This document shows, piece after piece, positions 20,258-29,225 of a stretch of 64,000 bases of DNA. The position numbers were made by a program, and so were the translations under genes. Numbering within the stretch: position 1 is the first letter of the stretch; every line of letters begins with the position of its first letter. The stretch is from assembly GCA_965223905.1 (NCBI GenBank), contig CBDCXV010000010.1:1632001-1696000 (forward strand), given 5' to 3'. The notes under the pieces were generated by a model. It did no database searches. It was not told where the DNA came from and worked only from the letters and a program-made list of their open reading frames with translations. The stretch is from Candidatus Latescibacterota bacterium (GTDB taxonomy: Bacteria > Latescibacterota > UBA2968 > UBA8231).

Positions 20258-21799
20258 TCACCGATTGCGCTGCGCGCTCATGCCTCGCACCAGACTGAAG
20301 CCGAGCAGCAGCAGCACGACCGCGAAGGGCAGACCTGTGGTCACCACCGCCGTCTGCAATGCCAGCAGCCCCCCACCCATGAGCAGCACGGCGGCGACGA
20401 CGCCCTCCATCGAAGCCCAGAACACCCTCTGGATCCGCGGCGGATCCAGATGGCCGCCTGCGGTGATGATGTCTACGACGAGGGAGGCCGAATCCGAGGA
20501 GGTGACGAAGAAGGTGATGACGATGCACACCGCGAGCGTCACGGTGAGCGACGTCAGTGGATAGTGTTCGAGCAGCTGAAAGAGGGCAACCGCGACGTCT
20601 TCTTTCACAGCCGCGGCGATGCCGCCGGCGCCGAAGAGCTCGACGTGCAGTGCGGCATTCCCGAACACGGTCAGCCACACGCAGGTGGCCAGGGTGGGTA
20701 CGAGCAGGATGGCACCGACGAATTCGCGCACTGTGCGGCCGCGCGACACACGGGCGACAAAAATCCCGACAAAAGGAGACCAGGCGATCCACCAGGCCCA
20801 GTAGAAGAGGGTCCAGCCGTGCTGCCAGCCTGTGTTGCGGTAGGCCTCGGTCCAGAGGCTCAGCCGCGGCAGCTCCTGTATGTAGATGCCGAAGTTCTGC
20901 ACGAGGGCATCGAGCAGGTAACGGGTGGGGCCGGCCGCCACTACGAACAGCAGCAACAGACAGGCCAGGATGACGTTGAGTTGACTCAGGCGTCGAATTC
21001 CCCGGTCGACGCCGAGGACCACGGAGATCGTCGCCATGGCCGTGATTCCGGCGATCAGACCCACCTGCACCGTCACGTCTTGCGGGATGTCGAAGAGGTA
21101 GGCGAACCCGGCGTTGACCTGTTGCGCACCCAGTCCCAGGGACGTGGCCAGGCCGAAGATCGTCGCCAGCGTCGCCAGTATGTCGATCACGTCCCCGGCC
21201 AAACCGTGGATTCGCTCCCCCAGGAGCGGGTAGAAAGTGGAGCGCACCGTCAGCGGCAGGCCGCGATTGTAGGCGAAGTAGGCCAGGGCCAGCGCCATCA
21301 GACCGTAGAGTCCCCAGGCGTGAAATCCCCAGTGGAAGAAGGTGATGCCCATGGCCAGGCGGGCGGCCTCGGCGGTACGCGGCTCCCCCCACGGGGGGCT
21401 GCCGAAATGGTAGATAGGCTCGGCCACACTCCAGAACATCAACCCTATGCCCATGCCGGCGCTGAACAGCATCGACAGCCAGCCCCAGTAACTGAAGTCG
21501 GGGCGCGCTTCGTCGCCGCCCAGACGAACGCGGCCGTGGCGGCTGAAAAGAAAAAACAGGACGATGGCCAGATAGACGTTCACACAGAGCACGAAGAACC
21601 ATCCCGCCTGCCCCGTGATGAACCCGAGAACAGCGTCGAAGATCTCGGTCATCCCGCTCAGGTTCAGCAGAGTGAACGCGACGAAGAGGACCACCAGGGC
21701 CGCCGAGGCCCAGAAGACGGTCTGGTTTATTTCGAGACCGAGCCGGTTCCGCCGCCCGGGCTTGGAGGGGTCTGCCAGCGAACCAGCGCTACCGCTCAT
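20258..21799 (-). CDS. BCCT family betaine/choline/carnitine transporter
   Basis: WLSMLFSAGMGIGLMFW, FHWG, WTLFYWAWWIAWSPFVG, TSSDS. Confidence 0.95.
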   Translation of the reverse strand: MSGSAGSLADPSKPGRRNRLGLEINQTVFWASAALVVLFVAFTLLNLSGMTEIFDAVLGFITGQAGWFFVLCVNVYLAIVLFFLFSRHGRVRLGGDEARPDFSYWGWLSMLFSAGMGIGLMFWSVAEPIYHFGSPPWGEPRTAEAARLAMGITFFHWGFHAWGLYGLMALALAYFAYNRGLPLTVRSTFYPLLGERIHGLAGDVIDILATLATIFGLATSLGLGAQQVNAGFAYLFDIPQDVTVQVGLIAGITAMATISVVLGVDRGIRRLSQLNVILACLLLLFVVAAGPTRYLLDALVQNFGIYIQELPRLSLWTEAYRNTGWQHGWTLFYWAWWIAWSPFVGIFVARVSRGRTVREFVGAILLVPTLATCVWLTVFGNAALHVELFGAGGIAAAVKEDVAVALFQLLEHYPLTSLTVTLAVCIVITFFVTSSDSASLVVDIITAGGHLDPPRIQRVFWASMEGVVAAVLLMGGGLLALQTAVVTTGLPFAVVLLLLGFSLVRGMSAQRNR

Positions 21800-22650
21800 G
21801 ACCGGCTCAACTTGCGAAACGCGAAAATTCCCCAGACGAGGTAGCCCCTTTCTCCGCCCTCGACCCATCGCGCCAGACCGCGCTTCATGTTACTCAGGTA
21901 GTCTTCGCTGATCTGATCGCGCAGCTCGGACTCGCGTGTTTCCGTTTGGTCCAACACCTCTCCATAATGGCGTACGAGATGATGCGTGAGGTCGGTGAAA
22001 CCGGTTTCCTCGAGAGGGTATTCCGTCGCCGTTCCCCGGTAGAAATCGGGAGAGGCCAAGCTGGTCAGGTGAATCCGCGCAAGGATCGGATCGAGGACGC
22101 CCGGGGGGCAATCGTCCGCCTGCATGATGTCGGTGAAGGCGAAAACTCCACCCGGCTTGAGCACGCGAACCGCTTCACCGACTACCCGGTCGCGCCGGTC
22201 GCTGTGCAACAGAGCGTCCTGTGAGAACACCGCATGGAAGCTGTTGTCGTCCGCCGGCACCGACTCGAAGCTGCCGTCGACGATCTCAACCCGGTCTGAC
22301 AGCCCCTGCTCGGCGTTGAGTCCCCGCGCCCGGGCGTTCTCCATCTCACTCAGGTTCAGCCCTGTGACCCGGCACCCGTACATCCCGGCTACATACCGGG
22401 CCGGGCCGCCATACCCGGAGCCCATGTCCAGCACGCGTGCCCAGTCGCCCAGCGGCTCCAGAGTGCGCGCCAGGCGTGCCGTTGCCCGACGACTCGCCTC
22501 GGCGATGCTGTCCCCTTCGCGATGATACATGCCGATGTGGATGTCCTCGCCACCCCAGATCGTCGAGTAGAAGGCTTCGGCATCATCGCTGTTGTAGTAG
22601 TCCCGGGCGGTCTGGACGACCTCGGAATATTCTGAAATCCCGGTCGTCAT
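21796..22650 (-). CDS. sdmt: Sarcosine/dimethylglycine N-methyltransferase
   Basis: YYNSDDA..FY..IWGGEDIHIG, LDMGSGYGG, SQDALLH; coupled to gsmt. Confidence 0.88.
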   Translation of the reverse strand: MTTGISEYSEVVQTARDYYNSDDAEAFYSTIWGGEDIHIGMYHREGDSIAEASRRATARLARTLEPLGDWARVLDMGSGYGGPARYVAGMYGCRVTGLNLSEMENARARGLNAEQGLSDRVEIVDGSFESVPADDNSFHAVFSQDALLHSDRRDRVVGEAVRVLKPGGVFAFTDIMQADDCPPGVLDPILARIHLTSLASPDFYRGTATEYPLEETGFTDLTHHLVRHYGEVLDQTETRESELRDQISEDYLSNMKRGLARWVEGGERGYLVWGIFAFRKLSRS

Positions 22651-23477
22651 CAGGCCAAGCTCTTTTCTGCCACATGGACGAAGAAATCGGGTTCCAGGTC
22701 GTCGTACTCCGCCTGGAAGTCACCAAAGGTCTCCACCCGCTGGAAACCGACTTCTTTCAGCAACCGCCGCGTGTAATCCCGGCGGAGCGGAAACATGTTC
22801 AGGTGGAAGGTGGAGCCATCCTTGAATCGGTATGCAAAACGAGCAAGACCGTCATCGACATGCTCGGGCTCGACCACGATGTCGTCACCGCAGTAGTAGA
22901 ACGCCTGCTTGCACCTGTACCCGCTGTCGAGGATCGCGTCGTAGTTGCGCTGATCGAGAATGAGGAAGCCGTCGTGATTGAGAACGGCGTAGAACTCGGC
23001 CAGGGCCTTGCGGCGGTCCCGCTCCTTGAAAAGGTGCGTGAAAGAGTTGCCCAGACAGATGACGGCATCGAAGGTTTCGTGGATATCGCGGTTGAGGAAA
23101 CGCCAGTCCGCCTGCACGGTGCGCAGGAGCAGTCCTCGCCGACGAGCGTTCTCGAATGCCTGGCACAACATCGCCGGACTGCCATCGGCGCTGACCACAT
23201 CGAAGCCGGCCTTCAACAGCCGCACCGAGTGAAACCCGGTGCCGGTGGCGACATCGAGGACGCGGCTGGCGCCGCGCTCCTGCAGCCGCTCGATGAAGAA
23301 GTCCCCTTCCCCTTCGGCCCGTTGTTCCCAATCGATCAGCTCATCCCACTTCTCGACGAAGCTATGGATGTACTCCGCCTTGTAATGGTCGGTCTCGCGA
23401 ACCTCGACCGGTTCGGAGCCGTATTCCTGGTGCCGGGGTGTGAGTATCGCTGCACTTGCCGAACTCATTGTGTGCAT
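22650..23477 (-). CDS. gsmt: Glycine/sarcosine N-methyltransferase
   Basis: VRETDHY..EY..FVEKWDELIDW, LDVATGTG, CLGNSFTHL, DQRNYD. Confidence 0.92.
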   Translation of the reverse strand: MHTMSSASAAILTPRHQEYGSEPVEVRETDHYKAEYIHSFVEKWDELIDWEQRAEGEGDFFIERLQERGASRVLDVATGTGFHSVRLLKAGFDVVSADGSPAMLCQAFENARRRGLLLRTVQADWRFLNRDIHETFDAVICLGNSFTHLFKERDRRKALAEFYAVLNHDGFLILDQRNYDAILDSGYRCKQAFYYCGDDIVVEPEHVDDGLARFAYRFKDGSTFHLNMFPLRRDYTRRLLKEVGFQRVETFGDFQAEYDDLEPDFFVHVAEKSLA

Positions 23478-23511
23478 TCCGTTCCGATTTGTGGTGAGAG
23501 GATAAGTGTTC

Positions 23512-23540
23512 AATGTATACACCATACGATTCGGATGCAA
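23512..23540 (-). promoter_or_regulatory. Candidate sigma70 promoter of gsmt-sdmt-BCCT
   Basis: TTGCAT-N17-TACATT in an AT-rich intergenic region. Confidence 0.45.
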
Positions 23541-23784
23541 TCCCCGGTCATTTTCATGTGTATTTCCGTAAATAACTGATTATTATTTATATACATCCAC
23601 AAATTCCCATAATGTCGGACCGAAATCACTCTTCATTCAGGGAGATATGTGTGTATATTATTTACACATACCCTTGATTGAACTGCGCAGAAAATACACA
23701 TGTGTGATATCCCCGAGATTCTCGCGGACATCCCTATGTGGGGGGATACACGGGCCTTGCGACAGGAGGAACGAAGGGGATGCC

Positions 23785-23807
23785 ATGCCTGCAAAAAATG
23801 CAGGCAT
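23785..23807. terminator. Hairpin after the NtrC-like gene
   Basis: ATGCCTGCA-AAAAA-TGCAGGCAT. Confidence 0.5.
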
Positions 23808-23811
23808 GCAG

Positions 23812-25158
23812 TCACTCGATACCGTAGCGCTCGAGTTTGTTGTACAGGGCGCGGCGACTGATACCGAGAATCTGTGCCGTCCGCTGACGGTTATTCCCGG
23901 TGGAGCGCAGGGTGCGGACGATTATTTCGCGCTCTACTTCCTGCAGAGTGGCCCCGATGCGGAAACTCACAGTCCCCGAGCCGGGTGCGGTCGCCCCGCC
24001 GCGCAGTCGGGCCGGCAGGTGGTCGGGAGAGACGATCTCGCCGGCGCACAGCAGCACGGCGCGCTGCATCACGTTGCGCAGCTCCCTCACGTTGCCCGGC
24101 CACGGGTAGGATTCCAAAAGGCCGCTGCATTCGGGCGTCAGGCCGATAACCCGCTTCTGGTAGGCGCGGTTGTATCGCTGGATGAAGTGGCCGGCGAGCA
24201 GGGGGATATCTCCATGTCGATCCCGGAGCGGGGGCATGTTGATCCGGAACACGTCGAGACGATAGAAGAGATCGTCCCGGAAGTCCCCCTCGCGGACCAG
24301 GGCGGGAAGATCGGCATTGCTGGCGGCGAGAAGCCTTACGTCGGCGGAAACAGAACGCGTGCCGCCGAGCCGGCGGAACCGTCGCTCTTCGAGAAAACGC
24401 AGGAGGCTGACCTGCTCCCGGTCGGCTACGGCGGCGATCTCGTCGAGGAAGACGGTGCCGCCTCTGGCCTGCTCGAAACGGCCGGCGTGCCTGCTGTCAG
24501 CCCCGGGGAAGGCGCCCTTCTCATAGCCGAACAGTTCACTGGCCACATGCTCAAACGGGATGGCGCCGACGTTCACAGTGACATAGGGGCCTTCGTGCCG
24601 GAAGCTCTGCCGGTGAATGGCGCGCCCGACCAGATCCTTCCCCGTTCCGGTCTCACCCTGAATCAGCACGGGGATGTCCGTTGCCGCGGCCTGGCGGATG
24701 CCGCGGTAGATCTCCTGCATCGTCGCCGATCCCCCGACGAGGTCGTCGAAGCCTTCGTCATCGCTCTTCAGCAGCTGGTTGGTGCCCACCTGGGGCCGCT
24801 GTTCCCAGGCGGTCTCGAGCAACGCCTGAAGCTCCTCGTCTGCTACCGGCGTACGGGCGTACTGATACGTGCCGGCGCGCAACACCGATCGAACCATACC
24901 CACATGGGCCTGCTCCACGACGAAGAGCACCTGCGTTACCGGACACTGGGCAGCAAGCACCTCGAGGGTTTCCAGGCCGTCCTGGCTTTCCCGGAACACC
25001 TGACCCGTCGCCAACAGGATTTCGTACGTGTCGGTCTCGAAGCGGTCGAGAATACGATCGAAGCTGCTTTCCCAGGCAACTTCGACATCCCGGTCGCGAA
25101 ACAGCTCTCCCACCCGCCGTTTCAGGTCCAAGTCCCTCGAGACAGTGAGGATACGCAT
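23812..25158 (-). CDS. NtrC/Fis-family sigma54-type enhancer-binding protein with atypical receiver
   Basis: GETGTGK, FLDEI, FRDDLFYRL, WPGNVREL, Fis HTH; GAFPGA instead of GAFTGA. Confidence 0.9.
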   Translation of the reverse strand: MRILTVSRDLDLKRRVGELFRDRDVEVAWESSFDRILDRFETDTYEILLATGQVFRESQDGLETLEVLAAQCPVTQVLFVVEQAHVGMVRSVLRAGTYQYARTPVADEELQALLETAWEQRPQVGTNQLLKSDDEGFDDLVGGSATMQEIYRGIRQAAATDIPVLIQGETGTGKDLVGRAIHRQSFRHEGPYVTVNVGAIPFEHVASELFGYEKGAFPGADSRHAGRFEQARGGTVFLDEIAAVADREQVSLLRFLEERRFRRLGGTRSVSADVRLLAASNADLPALVREGDFRDDLFYRLDVFRINMPPLRDRHGDIPLLAGHFIQRYNRAYQKRVIGLTPECSGLLESYPWPGNVRELRNVMQRAVLLCAGEIVSPDHLPARLRGGATAPGSGTVSFRIGATLQEVEREIIVRTLRSTGNNRQRTAQILGISRRALYNKLERYGIE

Positions 25159-25190
25159 GGTGTGATGGTACCCTTGCAGCGGCGGCAAGC

Positions 25191-25205
25191 GCAAGGCACC
25201 GGCCA
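25191..25205 (-). promoter_or_regulatory. Candidate sigma54 (-24/-12) promoter
   Basis: TGGCCGGTGCCTTGC: GG-N10-GC with TGGC and TTGC, 33 bp before the ATG. Confidence 0.5.
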
Positions 25206-25432
25206 GCTTCCGCCAAATGGGCCTGGGACAGCTTTGTCGGGCCGGCCTCTGCTCCCGTGCATCCGAGAAACGACGGGGTGGGAATCAACGCGACACGACT
25301 GCCGATCAAGAAGGTGCTGGCCAGCCTCAGAGCGGCGCGCTATCCGAACGAGAGCGGGACGGTCCGCGCCCTCCCTGACCAGTGACAGCCAGACCGGAGC
25401 TCCATCCACAACGATTGACGAAAGGAGGTGAT

Positions 25433-25762
25433 GTGATGATCGATTCACGCATTGCCAAGGCAACCAACCTGCTGATGGACGTCATCAACGAGCACCACGG
25501 TCCCGGTGGTGCGCGCGGCAAACACTACGACGCCCTTCGATATTACTATCAGCTCAGAGCGCATATGGAGCGGCTCGTCCAACGGTACCCCGTGTTGCCC
25601 GACATCCCGTCCAAAGAAATGACCGATCCTGACGGCGTTTTCCAACGCCTCCCGCGCGTTCGAAAACGCGGGTTCAGGAACTCAAGGGTCATCGCCCCCA
25701 GCAAGACCAGGGACGCAATCGGAGTAAAAAAGCCGTTGGCGATATCGACATTGAAACCATAG
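25433..25762 (+). CDS. Small hypothetical protein
   Basis: Strong RBS AAGGAGGTG before the GTG/ATG; no recognisable motif. Confidence 0.45.
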   Translation: MMIDSRIAKATNLLMDVINEHHGPGGARGKHYDALRYYYQLRAHMERLVQRYPVLPDIPSKEMTDPDGVFQRLPRVRKRGFRNSRVIAPSKTRDAIGVKKPLAISTLKP

Positions 25763-25858
25763 GTGCGCCGGTCCGCGTAAGAACCGTCGTATTGGCGGAT
25801 GCACTCATGTCGCCATCCAAAGAAACGACCGGAATTCGCTAGGATCTCTCCTAAAAAA

Positions 25859-26248
25859 CTAAGGCGCGGAAACACCCATCGAAGCGTGGATCTGTGAAAA
25901 CATCCACAACTGGTCAACTTTTTCGAGGACACCGGTCATTCGCATCACGAACTCCTCTCTCGTACCTCGCCATTTCAGTCGCCAGACCTGGCGCGTGTAG
26001 AACCATGCGACGTTGTCCCGTTCATGGACGTCAAGGTTGATAAACTTTATGCTGAAATCCTCTGTGCTCGCGACGTGGTTCCGGTAATACGCCGCGATCT
26101 CTGCGCTCCCCTCAACAACTTCGTCAGCGTCGGTACCGATTTTAACATAGTGAGATGCAGGGAGCATCATTGCGATGAGGGTTTCCGCATCTCCAATAAC
26201 AAGGGCGTCAAAATACGCCCGCACCGTATCATGCGCATCCGGCATCAT
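25859..26248 (-). CDS. SnoaL/NTF2-like protein
   Basis: VRAYFDAL..GD..; VAWF..MRMTGVLEK..W..QIHAS. Confidence 0.8.
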   Translation of the reverse strand: MMPDAHDTVRAYFDALVIGDAETLIAMMLPASHYVKIGTDADEVVEGSAEIAAYYRNHVASTEDFSIKFINLDVHERDNVAWFYTRQVWRLKWRGTREEFVMRMTGVLEKVDQLWMFSQIHASMGVSAP

Positions 26249-26532
26249 GGAGTCCCGTTAGATCGTTCCATATGGTGGGCTGCCACGTCCAGTGCAGCAT
26301 GTTGATCGTCTCCTCATCCGGTTTCAAAACCGCCTCCTTCATTTAATTTGCGAGTACCATTGTCCCGCACACAGGAACGATAAGGCTCCTTATCCGATAC
26401 TTTGTCAAGACGCTCGGGGGGGCTACGATCGGGGGTTCGATGCCGAGCGGACGAGGCAGGCACCCGGATCCAAGGCGGCAGAACGAGCGGTGATCTTCTG
26501 TTCTCCGGGCGGCACTCGACAACAGGAGGCAC

Positions 26533-27111
26533 ATGATGCCGAATCAATTGACCGACATCCATTTCCGCCCCCGCAGCTGCCTGGTGAGGTATCCCGGCTT
26601 CAAATGCAATTCGCTCCAGGCCCACCTCGACAACGGGAACAACTCTCTCCTGCCACCGACCGAGGACAGAACGCACAAGCAGATCTGGTTCTGGATTCAT
26701 CCCGAAGCGGTTGCAGGAGACCAGGCGCCGCTGCGGCTGATCGCTCACGAAAACGCTGGCGATTTAGAGAAAGCCGAGCACTTGGTATGCGAAGGCGGCA
26801 CCCTGTGCATTTTTCACACGCACACCTGGCACGCCGCCAGCGACTACATCCGGAAGGATGGCCAGCGTTACATCTGGGGGTTTGCCTTCGGGCACGGCGA
26901 CCATTACTGGGAGGGAGTGCGGCATTACACGGACGTCGGTCACAACAGCGACTTCCGGGAGTTCATCAGCGGCCTCCGGGCAAGGGACCGCGAGCTGTTT
27001 CGTTTCCCTCCTGCCGGACACCCGTACTACACCGTCCAGACCCTCGCAGCCCTGGAACAACAGTACCCGGGCTGGAACGCGCGGAACGAGTACCGTCCCT
27101 GCACTCCCTGA
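26533..27111 (+). CDS. PhyH-like Fe/2OG dioxygenase, probably N-terminally truncated
   Basis: AHLD (HxD) ... GTLCIF..TWHAA. Confidence 0.6.
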   Translation: MMPNQLTDIHFRPRSCLVRYPGFKCNSLQAHLDNGNNSLLPPTEDRTHKQIWFWIHPEAVAGDQAPLRLIAHENAGDLEKAEHLVCEGGTLCIFHTHTWHAASDYIRKDGQRYIWGFAFGHGDHYWEGVRHYTDVGHNSDFREFISGLRARDRELFRFPPAGHPYYTVQTLAALEQQYPGWNARNEYRPCTP

Positions 27112-27334
27112 CCGGCAAGGAAGGTTGGGACGCCAGTGGCCCGGAACACCTGTTGGGGCACAGCCCCGCCGCCATCGGCAAGCCATCCACAGCATTTGCA
27201 CTTTCGCGGGAGAGATACCACTGCCGAGGGCGGCCGCCCGAACCTGGGCCATTTCCCGAGCGGGATTCCCTGTCCGGGAACGAGAGGACGGCGTTAATTC
27301 CCCCCATCCGCAGCATCGCCAAGGGAGAACACGG

Positions 27335-28157
27335 ATGACGGACGAACAACAGTATCTCTTCGACCTGAACGGCTTTCTGGTAGTTCCGGGAGTGTTGAGC
27401 CCCGAGGAGTGCCGCAGGTTGCGCGAGTTCATCGTGACGCTGAAGAACGATCCGGAATCGCTGCCCGACCACGAGCACTACGCTTCAACCGATCCCGATC
27501 CGACGACCCTCCACCTGGTGACCGGTCCCAGCTCGGAGCTCCTGGACCATCCCGTACTCGTCGACATCCTCGCAGAGCTCGTCGCCGGGGACGAGGCGGA
27601 ACGGGTCCTACACGGGCGACGCCTACCCGTTCCGTTTCGAGAGCACGTGGTACACCATCAAGCCGGCCGGGGAGCACGGCGTGCCCCCGCACGGGGCCCC
27701 GCGGGTCGGACCGCTGTTCGCCTACCTCTGCCGGAATCAGCGCATCTACAGCGGCATGGTACGCGTCGTGTGGGAGCTCAATCCGGTCGGGCCGGAGGAT
27801 GAGGGCACGACGTTCGCGCCCGGTTCGCACAAGGCGAACTTCCCCACTCCCGATCACCTGCTCGAGCATGGGTCGGCGATCATGAAGTCCTACGATTGCC
27901 CGGAGGGATCGCTGGTGATCTTCACCGAAGCCATTACGCACGCCGGGGGCCTGTGGAACAACCCCGACAGGCCGAGAATGGCGATCCTGAACTCCTACTG
28001 CCCCATCACGGCGCAGTTTCACCGTTTCGACATGCCTCACGAGTTGATCGAGAAGCTGCCCCCCAAACGCCGGACGCTCTTCCGTGGCGTGTGGGGCACA
28101 CGGCGCTTTGCACCGACCGTCAACGACTACTACGGCCCGGACAACGTGGCGGTCTGA
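27335..28157 (+). CDS. PhyH family dioxygenase, frameshifted near 27600
   Basis: YLFDLNGFLVV N-terminus continues in another frame to PGSHKANF..GSLVIFTEAITHAG. Confidence 0.8.
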
Positions 28158-28179
28158 TCGGGTTCGCCAGCGGTTATGC

Positions 28180-28280
28180 GCCGCCACTGGCGGAAGGCAA
28201 GCTCCGGATCATTCGCGTGGATGTGACCCAATGCCCGGTCTGCGGGGGCAGGTGAAAACCATTGCCGCACTTACCCGGCC
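28180..28280 (+). pseudogene. Tiny IS91/ISCR transposase C-terminal relic
   Basis: RVDVTQCPVCGGR*KTIAALT parallels SDLSECAVCGGRLRIIAALT of the 14210 transposase. Confidence 0.55.
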
Positions 28281-28302
28281 CCTTGGCCATTCGGAGATAC
28301 CC

Positions 28303-29193
28303 ATGGTTTTGACTCAGGAACAGAAAACCCAATTTTTCGAAGACGGTTATATCGTCGTCAAAGAGCTGCTCACCACGGACGAACTCGAGACTCTACACAA
28401 CCACTACGCCGACCTCGCACTCGGTCGCGTCCCCGACTTCCCGGAAGGCAATATCTCTCACTACACTCCGGATGCGGGTCAAGCCGCCGAACCGCCCACA
28501 CCTCACGGGAGTCGACATGACCGGCGCGGCACCCAGGTTTATCCAAAAGGGGAAGTAACCGCGGCCGAGGTGCGCACACCGGTGGAGGACCCGTTGGATA
28601 CGATCAGTCATCTCATCCTGCCTTCGTACTACGATTCGGTTTTCAATGCGTTTGTTCGGAACCCCGGAATTGTCGACATCATCGAATCCCTGATGGGGCC
28701 GGACATCAAGCTCTACTACGACCAGGTCTTTGCGAAGCCGCCTTACGCGAAAGCGAATCGCTATCATCAGGATTCCGTTTTCTGGGCATTCTTTGCGAGC
28801 AACTTCCAGGTCACATGCCAGATCCTGCTCGACGATGCGACTGTCGAGAACGGTTGTGTGCGTTTTATCCCGGGCAGCCACAACTTCGGCCTCGTCAACT
28901 GGGACCACCTTCCCTACATGCTGACAGAGGATGTGCTCGCCCAAGAGGTCGCTGTTCCACTGAAAGCGGGTGATGCGACCATTCACCATAGCCTGGCTCT
29001 CCATTGCAGCGGCCCGAATACAACGCCGTACCGGCGGCGAGGCTGGTCGATTCACTACGTCTCCTCGGACACGCGTTATATCGGTACGCCGGAAGAGACC
29101 GATCAGCTCAAACAGCGCGGTTGCCTTGTCGGACCGGAACCCGTCAACGGGTGGCCCCTGATCCGGGGGCGTGAGTTCCCGGGGTGTGTATAG
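28303..29193 (+). CDS. PhyH family dioxygenase
   Basis: FFEDGYIV, FAKPP..YHQD, ENGC..FIPGSH, IHHSLALH..N..RR. Confidence 0.92.
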   Translation: MVLTQEQKTQFFEDGYIVVKELLTTDELETLHNHYADLALGRVPDFPEGNISHYTPDAGQAAEPPTPHGSRHDRRGTQVYPKGEVTAAEVRTPVEDPLDTISHLILPSYYDSVFNAFVRNPGIVDIIESLMGPDIKLYYDQVFAKPPYAKANRYHQDSVFWAFFASNFQVTCQILLDDATVENGCVRFIPGSHNFGLVNWDHLPYMLTEDVLAQEVAVPLKAGDATIHHSLALHCSGPNTTPYRRRGWSIHYVSSDTRYIGTPEETDQLKQRGCLVGPEPVNGWPLIRGREFPGCV

Positions 29194-29225
29194 TCGGACG
29201 GCAGCCGTGCCGAATTGATTGCATC

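Noticed and set aside
23536-23550. sigma54 promoter for gsmt
   Set aside because: Reads TGAC rather than TGGC at -24; a sigma70-like pair fits better
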